NCBI GenBank assembly: GCA_964419675.1
Contig: CAYQPN010000004.1
Location: 11,001 to 75,000, forward strand
Direction of reading: 5' to 3'
Origin: an uncultured Candidatus Saccharibacteria bacterium
GTDB taxonomy: Bacteria; Patescibacteriota; Saccharimonadia; Saccharimonadales; SZUA-47
Length of the DNA: 64,000 nucleotides
Below the pieces are notes generated by a model. The model saw only the letters and a list, made by a program, of their open reading frames with translations, was not told where the DNA came from and ran no database searches. Within the stretch, counting starts at the first letter, position 1. Every line of letters starts with the position of its first letter. This document shows, piece by piece, positions 43,934-53,052 of this stretch. The translations under genes were made by a program, and so were the position numbers.

Positions 43934-44628
43934 TGGTGGGGGTACCTGGACTTGAACCAGGGACCAATCGGTTATGCGTACCACTACAGCTTTTGCTGCC
44001 TCTTTCGTGTTTGTGGTCTGGACTGTCTCTTTATCCGCGTATTTGCGGATACTTGCCATACAGTCTCTACACCTTACCAGCTTTTTTATAAACTGGGCTT
44101 GGCTCGGGATTACCACTCAGCCAGTTGGCGGATAGAGGCTTCCCCGAATTTGACAAGATATACTTACTGGTTACCCATGTAAGCAGCCCTTTAACTTTTT
44201 GACTTATCTATAGTATACTTCGGTTATGAAGAACAGGTCTAACTGTGCCGTGTGTAATAAAATTCTATCCGGCAAACAAACATTGTTCTGCTCCGTGAAA
44301 TGTAAAAATACACAGCACCAATCATACCCTGCTCAAAAAAAGCGCGGATTAAATCGAAAACTCTATTTTATAAGAGAGTTAGGAGGAAAATGTTCTATCT
44401 GCGGATATGCAAAAAATATTTCTGCACTGGCATTTCACCACATACACGGTAAAGAATTTCAACTAGATGTTCGTGCACTATCAAACCGTAAAATTGAACC
44501 TATACTTGAAGAGGTCGCAAAATGTAAGTTATTGTGCAATAACTGCCACGCTGAAATTCATAACCCAAATCTAGACTTAGCCAAATTGTTAATTGAGCCG
44601 ACTGCTCTAACCACTGAGCTATACCCCC
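43934..44628 (-). tRNA. tRNA-Ile2-like (anticodon CAU) interrupted by a group I intron in the anticodon loop
   Basis: Exon 1 (44628-44596) reads GGGGGTATAGCTCAGTGGTTAGAGCAGTCGGCT. Exon 2 (43976-43934) reads CATAACCGATTGGTCCCTGGTTCAAGTCCAGGTACCCCCACCA. Joined, they form a perfect cloverleaf closely resembling E. coli tRNA-Ile2. Confidence 0.88.
43977..44595 (-). mobile_element. Group I intron (IC3-like core) in the tRNA anticodon loop
   Basis: The minus strand contains GTCAAATTCGGGGAAGCC, CCCGAGCCAAGCCC and AAGGTGTAGAGACTGTATGGCA. These match P3/P7-region strings of the Azoarcus tRNA-Ile intron as I recall it. The 5' exon ends in U and the intron ends in G. Confidence 0.8.
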
Positions 44629-44642
44629 GTGATATTTCATAG
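44226..44642 (+). CDS. HNH endonuclease (putative homing endonuclease) encoded antisense to the intron
   Basis: It has CAVC...C..C and CSICG...AFHHIHG...N...LLCNNCHAEIHN (HNH with two CxxC pairs). The last ~15 codons run antisense through tRNA exon 1. A possible leaderless promoter is TTAACT-17-TATACT at 44191-44219. Confidence 0.85.
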   Translation: MKNRSNCAVCNKILSGKQTLFCSVKCKNTQHQSYPAQKKRGLNRKLYFIRELGGKCSICGYAKNISALAFHHIHGKEFQLDVRALSNRKIEPILEEVAKCKLLCNNCHAEIHNPNLDLAKLLIEPTALTTELYPRDIS

Positions 44643-44722
44643 CTCTCAAATGAGTATGAACAGATACAGTATACCAGAATGTGCTGTTTTCAACAGAGTG
44701 AATTGCATGAGATAATTAATTC

Positions 44723-45043
44723 ATGTCCAGCAGAATTGAAGTACATCGACCTCCAGAATCGGAGAAGTCAGGTGTTGAGATACTTAAAAAACGTGATGCT
44801 AAACTTGTAAAGTATGCTATTGGTAGACTTGCGACTGATTCCGTGAAAGCGAAAGCTGTTAAAGAGGCCCTTGCCCACCAAAATGTAAAACACGGAGTTG
44901 AAATTGAAAAACAACAACTTGAAACAGTCCAAAAAGCACTGGGCAAACTAGCAACTGAAAAAGGAATTACTAAATTACCTCAAAGATTCCGCTCTCGTCG
45001 CCTTTCCAGAAAATTGAACCTCGCCAAACAAGAGCTCGGCTAA
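44723..45043 (+). CDS. Hypothetical Lys-rich helical protein
   Basis: This 106-aa ORF has an ATG start and no recognisable family. Confidence 0.45.
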   Translation: MSSRIEVHRPPESEKSGVEILKKRDAKLVKYAIGRLATDSVKAKAVKEALAHQNVKHGVEIEKQQLETVQKALGKLATEKGITKLPQRFRSRRLSRKLNLAKQELG

Positions 45044-45993
45044 TTACGAAGTATCGCGAGTGCGTCTTCTGGGGTTGAGCAGTGCATTATTTTATCGCGC
45101 AGATCTGAAGCGCCATCAAAACCATTGATGTAGACTTTGGCAAATTTCTTGAGCGGGTCGAACTTTCTTATCCCTTCAGGATATGTCTTCTGAAACAGCA
45201 CGATGTGGTTTATTAACAAGTTAACTTTCTGCTCTTTTGACATGTTCCCCCACGGGCTTACTTTAGCGAAACAGAATGGGTCGTGAAAGATACCCCGACC
45301 AATCATAATCCCGTCGACATTGTGCTTTTTAGCCAGTTCTTCGCCTTGTTGGCGATTCATAACGTCGCCGTTTAGCACAATCTTAGTTTTTGGTGATATT
45401 TTGTCGCGCATTCTTACAACTTCATCAATCGCATCCCAATGGGCTGGGACTTTGCTCATTTCTCTGGTTGTTCGAACATGAACCGTTAGCATGTCTAGAT
45501 TTTGTTCTAGAAGTAGTTTGTGCCAAGAATAGTCTATTTTATCAAAACCTAGCCTTGTTTTAACACTAACCGGAAACTTTCCGGCTCCTTTTTGCGTTGC
45601 TTTAATAATAGCTATTGCTTTATCTCTAAGTTCTGGTTGTGCAAGAGCACTGCAACATTCGTTTTTGACTACGCTTTTTTCAGGACAACCAAAATTTAGA
45701 TCAATCCCAACAAAGCCTGGAATTTCACCACTAGCTATCTCGTCTGCTATCTTTTCAAAGTTCTCCGGAGTTTTACCCCATAATTGAGCTATAACCTTGC
45801 CTTTGTCGTTCACTGTGCTAAGCCTAGGCATGAGTTTTGGCCTGCCTGGGCTAGATAGACCATCTACATTCACAAACTCCGTCATAGACAAGTCCGGTGG
45901 CGCACAATCATGAATAGCCCTGCGCATAACCGTATCAGAAACATCATCCAGAGGTGCCAAAACAAAAAAAGGTTTAGTGTAGCTCTTAGACAT
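45040..45993 (-). CDS. dus: tRNA-dihydrouridine synthase (Dus family)
   Basis: It has TIM-barrel FMN enzyme motifs (LAPLDDVSD, IDLNFGCP, VHVRT, NGDV). Confidence 0.88.
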   Translation of the reverse strand: MSKSYTKPFFVLAPLDDVSDTVMRRAIHDCAPPDLSMTEFVNVDGLSSPGRPKLMPRLSTVNDKGKVIAQLWGKTPENFEKIADEIASGEIPGFVGIDLNFGCPEKSVVKNECCSALAQPELRDKAIAIIKATQKGAGKFPVSVKTRLGFDKIDYSWHKLLLEQNLDMLTVHVRTTREMSKVPAHWDAIDEVVRMRDKISPKTKIVLNGDVMNRQQGEELAKKHNVDGIMIGRGIFHDPFCFAKVSPWGNMSKEQKVNLLINHIVLFQKTYPEGIRKFDPLKKFAKVYINGFDGASDLRDKIMHCSTPEDALAILRN

Positions 45994-46019
45994 TCGTTGA
46001 ATTATATTGAAGAAAGATA

Positions 46020-46634
46020 TTATTTCCTAGCCTGATGTCTACCCGGACCGTATTTCGCACGACTATAACCTCCCCCACTTTCTAATGTACTTCGTGCTTG
46101 ATTGACTCTGTTTGCATGCGTACGTTCATCACCATCATTTACGAAAATTACTTTGCTACCTTTTGCAAGCCAAACACCTGTGTGGCTTCTACCGCCAAAA
46201 AACCGATGCCCTCGAGTTTCGACAATGTTATCTTCTATTATCCCCGGCAAACGTTCCTCTACGGCATTCACTTGTTCCCCGACGCTTAAATCATGCTGAG
46301 TACCGACACCAAAGTCTTTTCCTGCCTTCAGTGCTTTTTCTTGAGCTGCTCTAGCTCTGGCAACAGACTCCGGAAGATCTTGTAGTATATCATCATCGCT
46401 TAACGGTTCAGGCTCAGAGACCACTACCTCTGCTACCGCAGAATGACCCATCCCCTCATCTCTTTCTCGTGCTTTGGCCGCCATTTCAAACGCCATTTGT
46501 TCCAATGTACTTAGTGGGGTTGTTGCGTGATCGGGCGAAGGTTGCTCTGTTTCTAGGACTAACGAGGCTACGTGTTCATCAAACTCGCGAATTGTTTGTA
46601 TAGGCTGTCCAGTGTATAAATTACGTACTGCCAT
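46020..46634 (-). CDS. Hypothetical protein
   Basis: This 204-aa ORF has an ATG start. It has an acidic middle, a basic C-terminus and no recognisable family. Confidence 0.5.
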   Translation of the reverse strand: MAVRNLYTGQPIQTIREFDEHVASLVLETEQPSPDHATTPLSTLEQMAFEMAAKARERDEGMGHSAVAEVVVSEPEPLSDDDILQDLPESVARARAAQEKALKAGKDFGVGTQHDLSVGEQVNAVEERLPGIIEDNIVETRGHRFFGGRSHTGVWLAKGSKVIFVNDGDERTHANRVNQARSTLESGGGYSRAKYGPGRHQARK

Positions 46635-46780
46635 GTGGAATATTATATCACACTAATGCTTAAAAGGCAATGGATTACGCTCGGCTAGTGAACGAAGATA
46701 CTTGGTTTTGGTTACTAAAGGCAAAGTGAGGTCTGCCCTGGACTAGCGAAACGGTATCATAAATCAGTAACCGAACGAAC

Positions 46781-47881
46781 CTACTCCCAGCGGAAAACTC
46801 GGAACGCAATCAAATATATAACTGCTGTCCAGCCGACAATAAGACCAACTTGAGGCATTATTTCACTCAGATGCTTACCTTCTGTTGCTATCAAGCGAAT
46901 ACCGTCAATTACTGGAGTAAGTGGCAAGTAATTTGATACATTTTGGAGCCATTCTGGCATTGCATAGCGCGGAAAGAACGTTCCAGACAAGAACATCATT
47001 GGAAAGACAATAATATTACCAAGCGGTGCCGCCTGACGCTCGTTTTTTGACCAGCCCCCAACAGCTAACCCTATACCGTAAATACAGGTAATTCCGAGCA
47101 CAATGAACATAGCGAGCTCGAACCAGTTGCCAACAACGTTCAAATCAAATAGCGTGATTGAAACGGCAAAGAAAATACTAAGCGTAATTATCCCTATAAC
47201 AGCAAGGGAAACGACGTTTGACACAAAATACTGCCAAACTTTTAAAGGAGTAGTGTGCAAACGGCGCAAAATACCCTGTTTTTTAAGTTCGGGAAAAACA
47301 TTGATTGGGCCGAAAATACCCAGACCAATAATTGCAAACCCTAGTAAACCTGAGAAGGTGTAATCAAAGCGAGATAGACTCTTTTCATTGCTCTGCTCGG
47401 TTTTGACGGTAAATGGCTCACTTGCAGGTGAAATCTGATCATTAATAGCTTTAAACTGCCCTTCAAGAACTGATATTAGCGCTCTGGCTGACTGTTCACT
47501 ATTGGCGGTATATAAAACAGTTGCTTCCCCGGCAGGATTGCCCGCTTGTTGGTCGCCAAAATTTTCGGGTAGGATGATAGTCGCGTCAATTTCACTGCGC
47601 TTCATTTTCTCTTTTGCAGCCTCTAAAGACGTAATCTTCTCGTCTACTTTTAAAAGGGCGGATTTTTTTGTATCTTCCACGAATTGGCCTGCAAACTGAC
47701 TACTGGACTGATTAATAACAGCTACTTTGAAAGACAGACTGCCACCCTTACTTAAGCTTCCAAATATAAATAGGAAAATTAGCGGGAAAATAACTGTAAA
47801 AAACAGCGCCAAACGATCTCTAAAGAAGCGTTTTGTTCCAATTTTAGCGAAAGTTAATACTGTGTAGAGCGATTTGTTCAT
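46781..47881 (-). CDS. ABC-2 type transporter permease
   Basis: It has a 6-TM ABC-2 topology with a large first extracytoplasmic loop. It is adjacent to an ATPase. Confidence 0.85.
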   Translation of the reverse strand: MNKSLYTVLTFAKIGTKRFFRDRLALFFTVIFPLIFLFIFGSLSKGGSLSFKVAVINQSSSQFAGQFVEDTKKSALLKVDEKITSLEAAKEKMKRSEIDATIILPENFGDQQAGNPAGEATVLYTANSEQSARALISVLEGQFKAINDQISPASEPFTVKTEQSNEKSLSRFDYTFSGLLGFAIIGLGIFGPINVFPELKKQGILRRLHTTPLKVWQYFVSNVVSLAVIGIITLSIFFAVSITLFDLNVVGNWFELAMFIVLGITCIYGIGLAVGGWSKNERQAAPLGNIIVFPMMFLSGTFFPRYAMPEWLQNVSNYLPLTPVIDGIRLIATEGKHLSEIMPQVGLIVGWTAVIYLIAFRVFRWE

Positions 47882-47882
47882 C

Positions 47883-48647
47883 TTAATCCCTTAGATGCTT
47901 TCCTGTTAAATCAATGAATACGTCTTCAAGATTTGCCTGTTCAACGTGTTGGGCCTTTGTAAAACCTCTTCCAAGAAGTTGTTTTACTAGGTTCTTTGGA
48001 GTATCAATATCTACTATTTTACCGTTATCCATAATTGCCACGCGATCACAGAGCATTTCAGCTTCTTCCATATAATGAGTGGTCATAACTATTGTAATAC
48101 CGCGCTTTTGTATCTGTTTTACAAGCTCCCATAAGTTACGCCGAGCTTGCGGGTCTAACCCCGTTGTTGGTTCGTCCATAAAAAAAACTTTGGGGTTGTG
48201 CACTAACGCTGCCGCAATGCTAAAACGCTGTTTTTGGCCACCTGATAATTGTTCAATAAAACTATTCGCTTTTTCTTCCAGCCCAACTTCAGCTAAGAAT
48301 TTTGAAGCGTCTACCTTTTCCCCGTACGCAGCCGCAAACAGTTCTAATAGCTCAGTTAACTTGGTTTTGTCTTGAAAGGCCGGTGACTGCGGCTGGACGC
48401 CGATTATTTGCCGTATTTTAGTTGGATTTTCTGCAACATTCAGACCATTAAGGGTAACACTACCGCCATCAATTTCGCGAATTGCTTCAATCATCTCAAG
48501 TGTTGTAGTTTTGCCAGCACCATTAGGACCCAAGATGCCAAACACCTCACCTTTTTTAACCTCAAAGCTGATGTTATCGACTACTGCTTTGTCGTCATAA
48601 CGCTTAGTTAGACCTTCAACAATAATACTAATTCCCGATTTACTCAT
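47883..48647 (-). CDS. ABC transporter ATP-binding protein (DrrA/CcmA-like)
   Basis: It has Walker A GPNGAGKTT, signature LSGGQKQR and Walker B FFMDEP. Confidence 0.95.
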   Translation of the reverse strand: MSKSGISIIVEGLTKRYDDKAVVDNISFEVKKGEVFGILGPNGAGKTTTLEMIEAIREIDGGSVTLNGLNVAENPTKIRQIIGVQPQSPAFQDKTKLTELLELFAAAYGEKVDASKFLAEVGLEEKANSFIEQLSGGQKQRFSIAAALVHNPKVFFMDEPTTGLDPQARRNLWELVKQIQKRGITIVMTTHYMEEAEMLCDRVAIMDNGKIVDIDTPKNLVKQLLGRGFTKAQHVEQANLEDVFIDLTGKHLRD

Positions 48648-48746
48648 TACCCATATTGTACAAAATTTTGCCCATCCAAGACAAATAAAAACAGCTCTGA
48701 TCTTTAGGGATTGCAGAGCTGTCTTAAATTGTCTTTTTAGATCTTT

Positions 48747-48947
48747 TTACTTCTTGCGGCTAACAGTCAAGAAACCGTTTCGTGGGTTTTCGTTGACTTG
48801 CATGCCAGCTGGAACTGCGTCGATTGTTTCTTTTCGCTCGTCCTTGCTGAAGTAGTAGATTGTTTGTAGTTTTCCACCGCGGAGTGTTACATCCTTTGAG
48901 TTTAGATAGTATGTTACACCCTTTGAGTTTGTGTGCTTATAAGCCAT
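48747..48947 (-). CDS. Small conserved-looking protein, unknown function
   Basis: This 66-aa ORF has an ATG start and a beta-rich KG.TYYL...YYFSK pattern. Confidence 0.5.
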   Translation of the reverse strand: MAYKHTNSKGVTYYLNSKDVTLRGGKLQTIYYFSKDERKETIDAVPAGMQVNENPRNGFLTVSRKK

Positions 48948-49111
48948 TGCTTACACCTTTCCCCTCTTAACGTTAGTTAGTACATTCACCATACCCCCCT
49001 GTTAGCAACCTTGTCAACACTTTTTGTAAATTTCAGTTGCGGAAGATAGCGCTTATGCATTACACTTAGCTCTGTAGAAAATACTTATTAAGGGACGAAA
49101 GGTAAGGTGGA

Positions 49112-49750
49112 ATGGATTTTTCCAACAGGGGCGAACGCCCGGTACAAACACAGCAACAGCCTGCAAGAGCATTCGAGAACTCAATGCCTCAACAAGCAGC
49201 AAAACCAGAGAAAAGCAAGAAAATGGGAGGAATGAGTTTTAGCAAGATAGGCTCAATATTTCTATTATTGGGAACTGGGGTGATCTTGCTTGCAGTAATA
49301 TTCGCACTAACTTTTGGTGGCAATAGTGGCAAGAAAGAGGCTGATCTAGTTGCAGCAGATAAGTATCAGGCAGTTTTCTTAAATAGCCAAGATGGCCAAG
49401 TATACTTTGGAAAATTGGGCGTATACAACAAAGATCTATACGTGCTAACTGACATTTACTACGTTCGCGTAGAAACCCCAATACAGCCAGAGGGCACTAA
49501 CCAAGCAGCATCTCAGCAAAAAATAAGTCTAGCTAAGCTAGGAAACGAGTTGCATGGTCCTGAGGACATAATGTATGTCTCTAGAGATAAAGTTCTTTAT
49601 TGGGAGAATCTAAAAGACGATGGTCAAGTTGTTAAGGCTATCACCGAATACAAGAAAAACGGTAGCACAACTACTACGCCAACAACGGGTAGCAGTACAC
49701 CAGCAAGCACAACAACAGACACAACAACAGACACAACAACGAATCCATAA
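49112..49750 (+). CDS. Membrane-anchored protein with Thr-rich C-terminal tail
   Basis: It has one TM after a Q/P-rich N-terminus and a (TTD)n-like tail. A terminator lies at 49772-49805. Confidence 0.55.
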   Translation: MDFSNRGERPVQTQQQPARAFENSMPQQAAKPEKSKKMGGMSFSKIGSIFLLLGTGVILLAVIFALTFGGNSGKKEADLVAADKYQAVFLNSQDGQVYFGKLGVYNKDLYVLTDIYYVRVETPIQPEGTNQAASQQKISLAKLGNELHGPEDIMYVSRDKVLYWENLKDDGQVVKAITEYKKNGSTTTTPTTGSSTPASTTTDTTTDTTTNP

Positions 49751-49810
49751 AACATCTAGGATTTTTTAGTGTAGCCCCCTAAAAATATAGGGGGCTATTT
49801 ATTTCTGACT

Positions 49811-50413
49811 CTATTTAGATAAGCGTAACATGTTACGAGTTTTTAAATAAAGAAGTAGGTCTATCAAAAATATAAGACCAAAAATTATAAGCAATACTAT
49901 GCTGAAGCCTGCAAGGTCTGGTGACCACCTTGGAGGGACAAAATCAAACTTGTACTTTGATTCTTCTATCTGTTTTGGCGTGGCTTTTGGGTGGGCATCA
50001 ATGTAGGCTTCGATACAATCCAAACGATTTCTACCAGAAAAGCCTGTGGGCTGACGAAGTTCGCAATCAGCTTGTGCTTCAGCGTAGAGTGCATCTGAGC
50101 TTGCTACTCTTGCCTCTTCTTCAGCGACTAGCCTGTCGTAGGTACCTTTAAGCTGAATTGGTGGCCGAATACCGTTATCACTCCCAATTTGGGTATTCAT
50201 GTGGTTAAAAATATATATCCGTAAATCGTCTAGGGCTACAGCCACGTCCCCACCAGCCTGATCGACAGCTATTAGTGTATCGTAGCGCTGTTTAGCACCT
50301 TGGCTATTAGCTGCAAGAGAGACGATGCTGAGCGTGCCAAAGATTGCCGTAAATAGTCCAAATATCAATACTCTTATAAGCGCCTTGGTATGATGCTGCA
50401 TTTTCAGTGCCAT
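49811..50413 (-). CDS. Bitopic membrane protein, unknown function
   Basis: This 200-aa protein has N- and C-terminal TM helices flanking a soluble domain. Confidence 0.5.
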   Translation of the reverse strand: MALKMQHHTKALIRVLIFGLFTAIFGTLSIVSLAANSQGAKQRYDTLIAVDQAGGDVAVALDDLRIYIFNHMNTQIGSDNGIRPPIQLKGTYDRLVAEEEARVASSDALYAEAQADCELRQPTGFSGRNRLDCIEAYIDAHPKATPKQIEESKYKFDFVPPRWSPDLAGFSIVLLIIFGLIFLIDLLLYLKTRNMLRLSK

Positions 50414-50421
50414 ATGCTAGA

Positions 50422-51630
50422 TTATACCTTCTTTAGTGCTGGGAATCTTTGGAATAACATTCCCAGACTTATTACCCCAACAATAATAAAGCTGTACCTT
50501 AGCACTGAGATTGGATCAAAAAAGTAACATGCCATGAAGAGGCCTAGATAATAAATTGCTTTAGCAACACCATTAATAATTTCTGTAACCGTTAAGTACA
50601 CTATCCTATAGCCGGGCTCGCTGTCTGCCTCATCGTAAAAGCCCTTTAGTAGTGGCATGTGATAGGTAAGAGTTGTAGGTTCGTTAATGGTGCTGATTGC
50701 AATTGCCCCTGTTGCAGTCGATGTGAAAGACCGCAAAATATGAATTGTTGCGTTAATATATGTACCGTACTGCAGCAACTTTAACCCCTTTCTGTTATCA
50801 ATCACCTCTCCGATCATTCTTGCTGAAACAATTGATACTGCTGTGGCAATACCTACTATGACGCCAAGTTTAGCGTATGTGTTTTCGGCAAAAATTACGA
50901 TTGCTATATATAGTGGCCACATGACTTGGCTAGCAACATTCTCTACATTATGAGCGCTTAGTGATACAAAGTCTCTTTTATGCCGGTGCCAATTAAAGCC
51001 TTTGAACTGAATGTGTTGATGCACTTTTACCGGTTCGTTAGTCAAAAACAATGGTATTAGTGAGCCAAGAAGAACCATAATTGCAAAAACAATCGTAAAT
51101 TCAGGTGAAATTAATGTAGCCATTAGGCCTCCGATTACGGGGCCGACTGCACTACCTACTCTCTCAAAGATATTCAACCACCCTAATTCTTTACCGCCGT
51201 TTTTGCTATCCTTAATCTTAGAAAAGTCAGTATGATAAGCAAGAAAGAAAAGGGTGTTAGCAATTGAAAAGAAGAACGACAACAAGTATAGAGGCCATAC
51301 AACTGTATTGAAACTTAATAGCATTAACAAAAAGGTAATTATAAGTACAGTACTTACCGCAATTGAGTGTTTTGGACCTATCCGACCAATTATGTAAGCC
51401 GATAAATAAGCAGCCGGAAGCCTAATGACAAAAAACAATAGGTAGAATAAATATATATCCTGCAATCTCACGCCGCTTTTATAAAGAAAGATGGGTACAA
51501 ATATCCCTATTACACCAAACCCAAAGCTCCGCAGACTCATACTTGTATATATTTCCGCCAGTTCGCTAAAAGTTATATCGCGCCAATAGTGACGTTTTCT
51601 AACGAATATATTTAAGAATTTATTGAACAT
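50422..51630 (-). CDS. Major facilitator superfamily transporter
   Basis: This 402-aa protein has about 12 TM segments with MFS-like spacing. Confidence 0.7.
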   Translation of the reverse strand: MFNKFLNIFVRKRHYWRDITFSELAEIYTSMSLRSFGFGVIGIFVPIFLYKSGVRLQDIYLFYLLFFVIRLPAAYLSAYIIGRIGPKHSIAVSTVLIITFLLMLLSFNTVVWPLYLLSFFFSIANTLFFLAYHTDFSKIKDSKNGGKELGWLNIFERVGSAVGPVIGGLMATLISPEFTIVFAIMVLLGSLIPLFLTNEPVKVHQHIQFKGFNWHRHKRDFVSLSAHNVENVASQVMWPLYIAIVIFAENTYAKLGVIVGIATAVSIVSARMIGEVIDNRKGLKLLQYGTYINATIHILRSFTSTATGAIAISTINEPTTLTYHMPLLKGFYDEADSEPGYRIVYLTVTEIINGVAKAIYYLGLFMACYFFDPISVLRYSFIIVGVISLGMLFQRFPALKKV

Positions 51631-51708
51631 TTTTTAGTTTTTTATCCTACGCTTAAAGTATAGATAAGAATCTGTTAAGTGTAAACTGTTTACTGTAAAC
51701 TGTTAAGT

Positions 51709-52971
51709 ATGCATATCTACTTTTCTGGAATAGGCGGTACAGGGATTGGGCCACTGTCTTTAATTGCCAAGCAAGCAGGCTTTGATGTGTCTGGTTCTGA
51801 CAAGCTAGACAGTGAATACGTTAAATATTTAAAAACAAAGGGAATCAGTGATATTACTATCGGCCAAACAACAGACAATATTGAGAACTTGCACAATCAA
51901 AAACCAATAGACTGGCTGGTGTACTCTTCTGCCGTAGAAAAAGAGAATACAAAACATCCCGAAATTGAGTTTGCCAAAGTTAGCAATATTAAATTTACAA
52001 AACGTGATGAATTTATAAAGTTTTTATTAGATGAAAAAAAGTTGAAAATGGTTGCAATTGCTGGCACTCACGGAAAAACCACAACCACAGCAATGGTTAT
52101 CTGGTTATTTAAGGAACTAGGGTTGCCTGTTAGTTATTCTGTCGGCGCAAAACTTTCATATGGTGACATGGGGCATTATGACTCTAATTCTGGGTATTTC
52201 GTTTACGAGGCCGACGAATACGACAGAAACTTTTTAAGTTTTGAGCCTGAGGTAGCAATAATTCCCGGTATCAGCTATGACCATCCTGATACATACCCAA
52301 CACGTGAATCATATAATCAAGCATTTATGGAGTTTGTTTGTCAAAGTAATGATGTTTTTGCTCATCCAGAAGATCTGGATTTAATCGGGATGGCTGGAGA
52401 ACCGGAAACAGTAGATATAAACAGTTTTACTCTTGCCGGAGAAGTAAACCGTAAAAATGCTCAATTGGTCGTTGAGGCAGTTTCCAAAATTACTGGTGTA
52501 TCCTTTGACAAGTTAATACCACTTTTGAACAAGTTTCCGGGTGTTTCAAGAAGGTTTGAGCGAATTGTAGAAAACATCTACAGTGATTATGCTCATACTC
52601 CGGAGAAGATTTTGGGGGCGCTACAGATGGCTCGCGAAGTTGCAGGTAGTAATGTTGTTGTGGTGTATGAAGGGTTGCACAATACTCGACAGCACTTCAT
52701 ACGTAGCGCGTTAAGTAATCTATTTGAAGGTACAAAATGTCTCTATGTCGTACCGAGCTACCTTGCCAGAGAAGATGAAAGTCTAGAAATACTTACTCCG
52801 GAAAAACTTTGTGAGATTATTCAAAATCCGTCAGATCGTAAACCTGTTAAGTTAGATGAGGACTTAAAAAAAATCATTGCTGAACACGCTAAGCAAGGCG
52901 ACTTAGTTCTCTGCCTCACCGCTGGAGGTGGTGGCAGTTTAGACGAATGGCTACGAGGGCAATTTAAATAA
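51709..52971 (+). CDS. Mur ligase family protein (MurC/Mpl-like)
   Basis: It has the N-terminal Rossmann motif HIYFSGIGGTGIG and the ATP site AGTHGKTTTTAM. At 420 aa it is shorter than canonical MurC. Confidence 0.8.
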   Translation: MHIYFSGIGGTGIGPLSLIAKQAGFDVSGSDKLDSEYVKYLKTKGISDITIGQTTDNIENLHNQKPIDWLVYSSAVEKENTKHPEIEFAKVSNIKFTKRDEFIKFLLDEKKLKMVAIAGTHGKTTTTAMVIWLFKELGLPVSYSVGAKLSYGDMGHYDSNSGYFVYEADEYDRNFLSFEPEVAIIPGISYDHPDTYPTRESYNQAFMEFVCQSNDVFAHPEDLDLIGMAGEPETVDINSFTLAGEVNRKNAQLVVEAVSKITGVSFDKLIPLLNKFPGVSRRFERIVENIYSDYAHTPEKILGALQMAREVAGSNVVVVYEGLHNTRQHFIRSALSNLFEGTKCLYVVPSYLAREDESLEILTPEKLCEIIQNPSDRKPVKLDEDLKKIIAEHAKQGDLVLCLTAGGGGSLDEWLRGQFK

Positions 52972-53052
52972 TAATCCTCAGTCGGCATATCACTAGAAAG
53001 TAAAGTGATACAATACTACTTATGTATACTACATCTTAAATAATGGTGGCTA

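Noticed and set aside
43768-44182. ORF-track entries 43768-44091(+), 43847-44116(-) and 43916-44182(+).
   Set aside because: They overlap the tRNA-Ile2 3' exon, its terminator and duplicate, and the group I intron catalytic core. The region is explained by RNA features.
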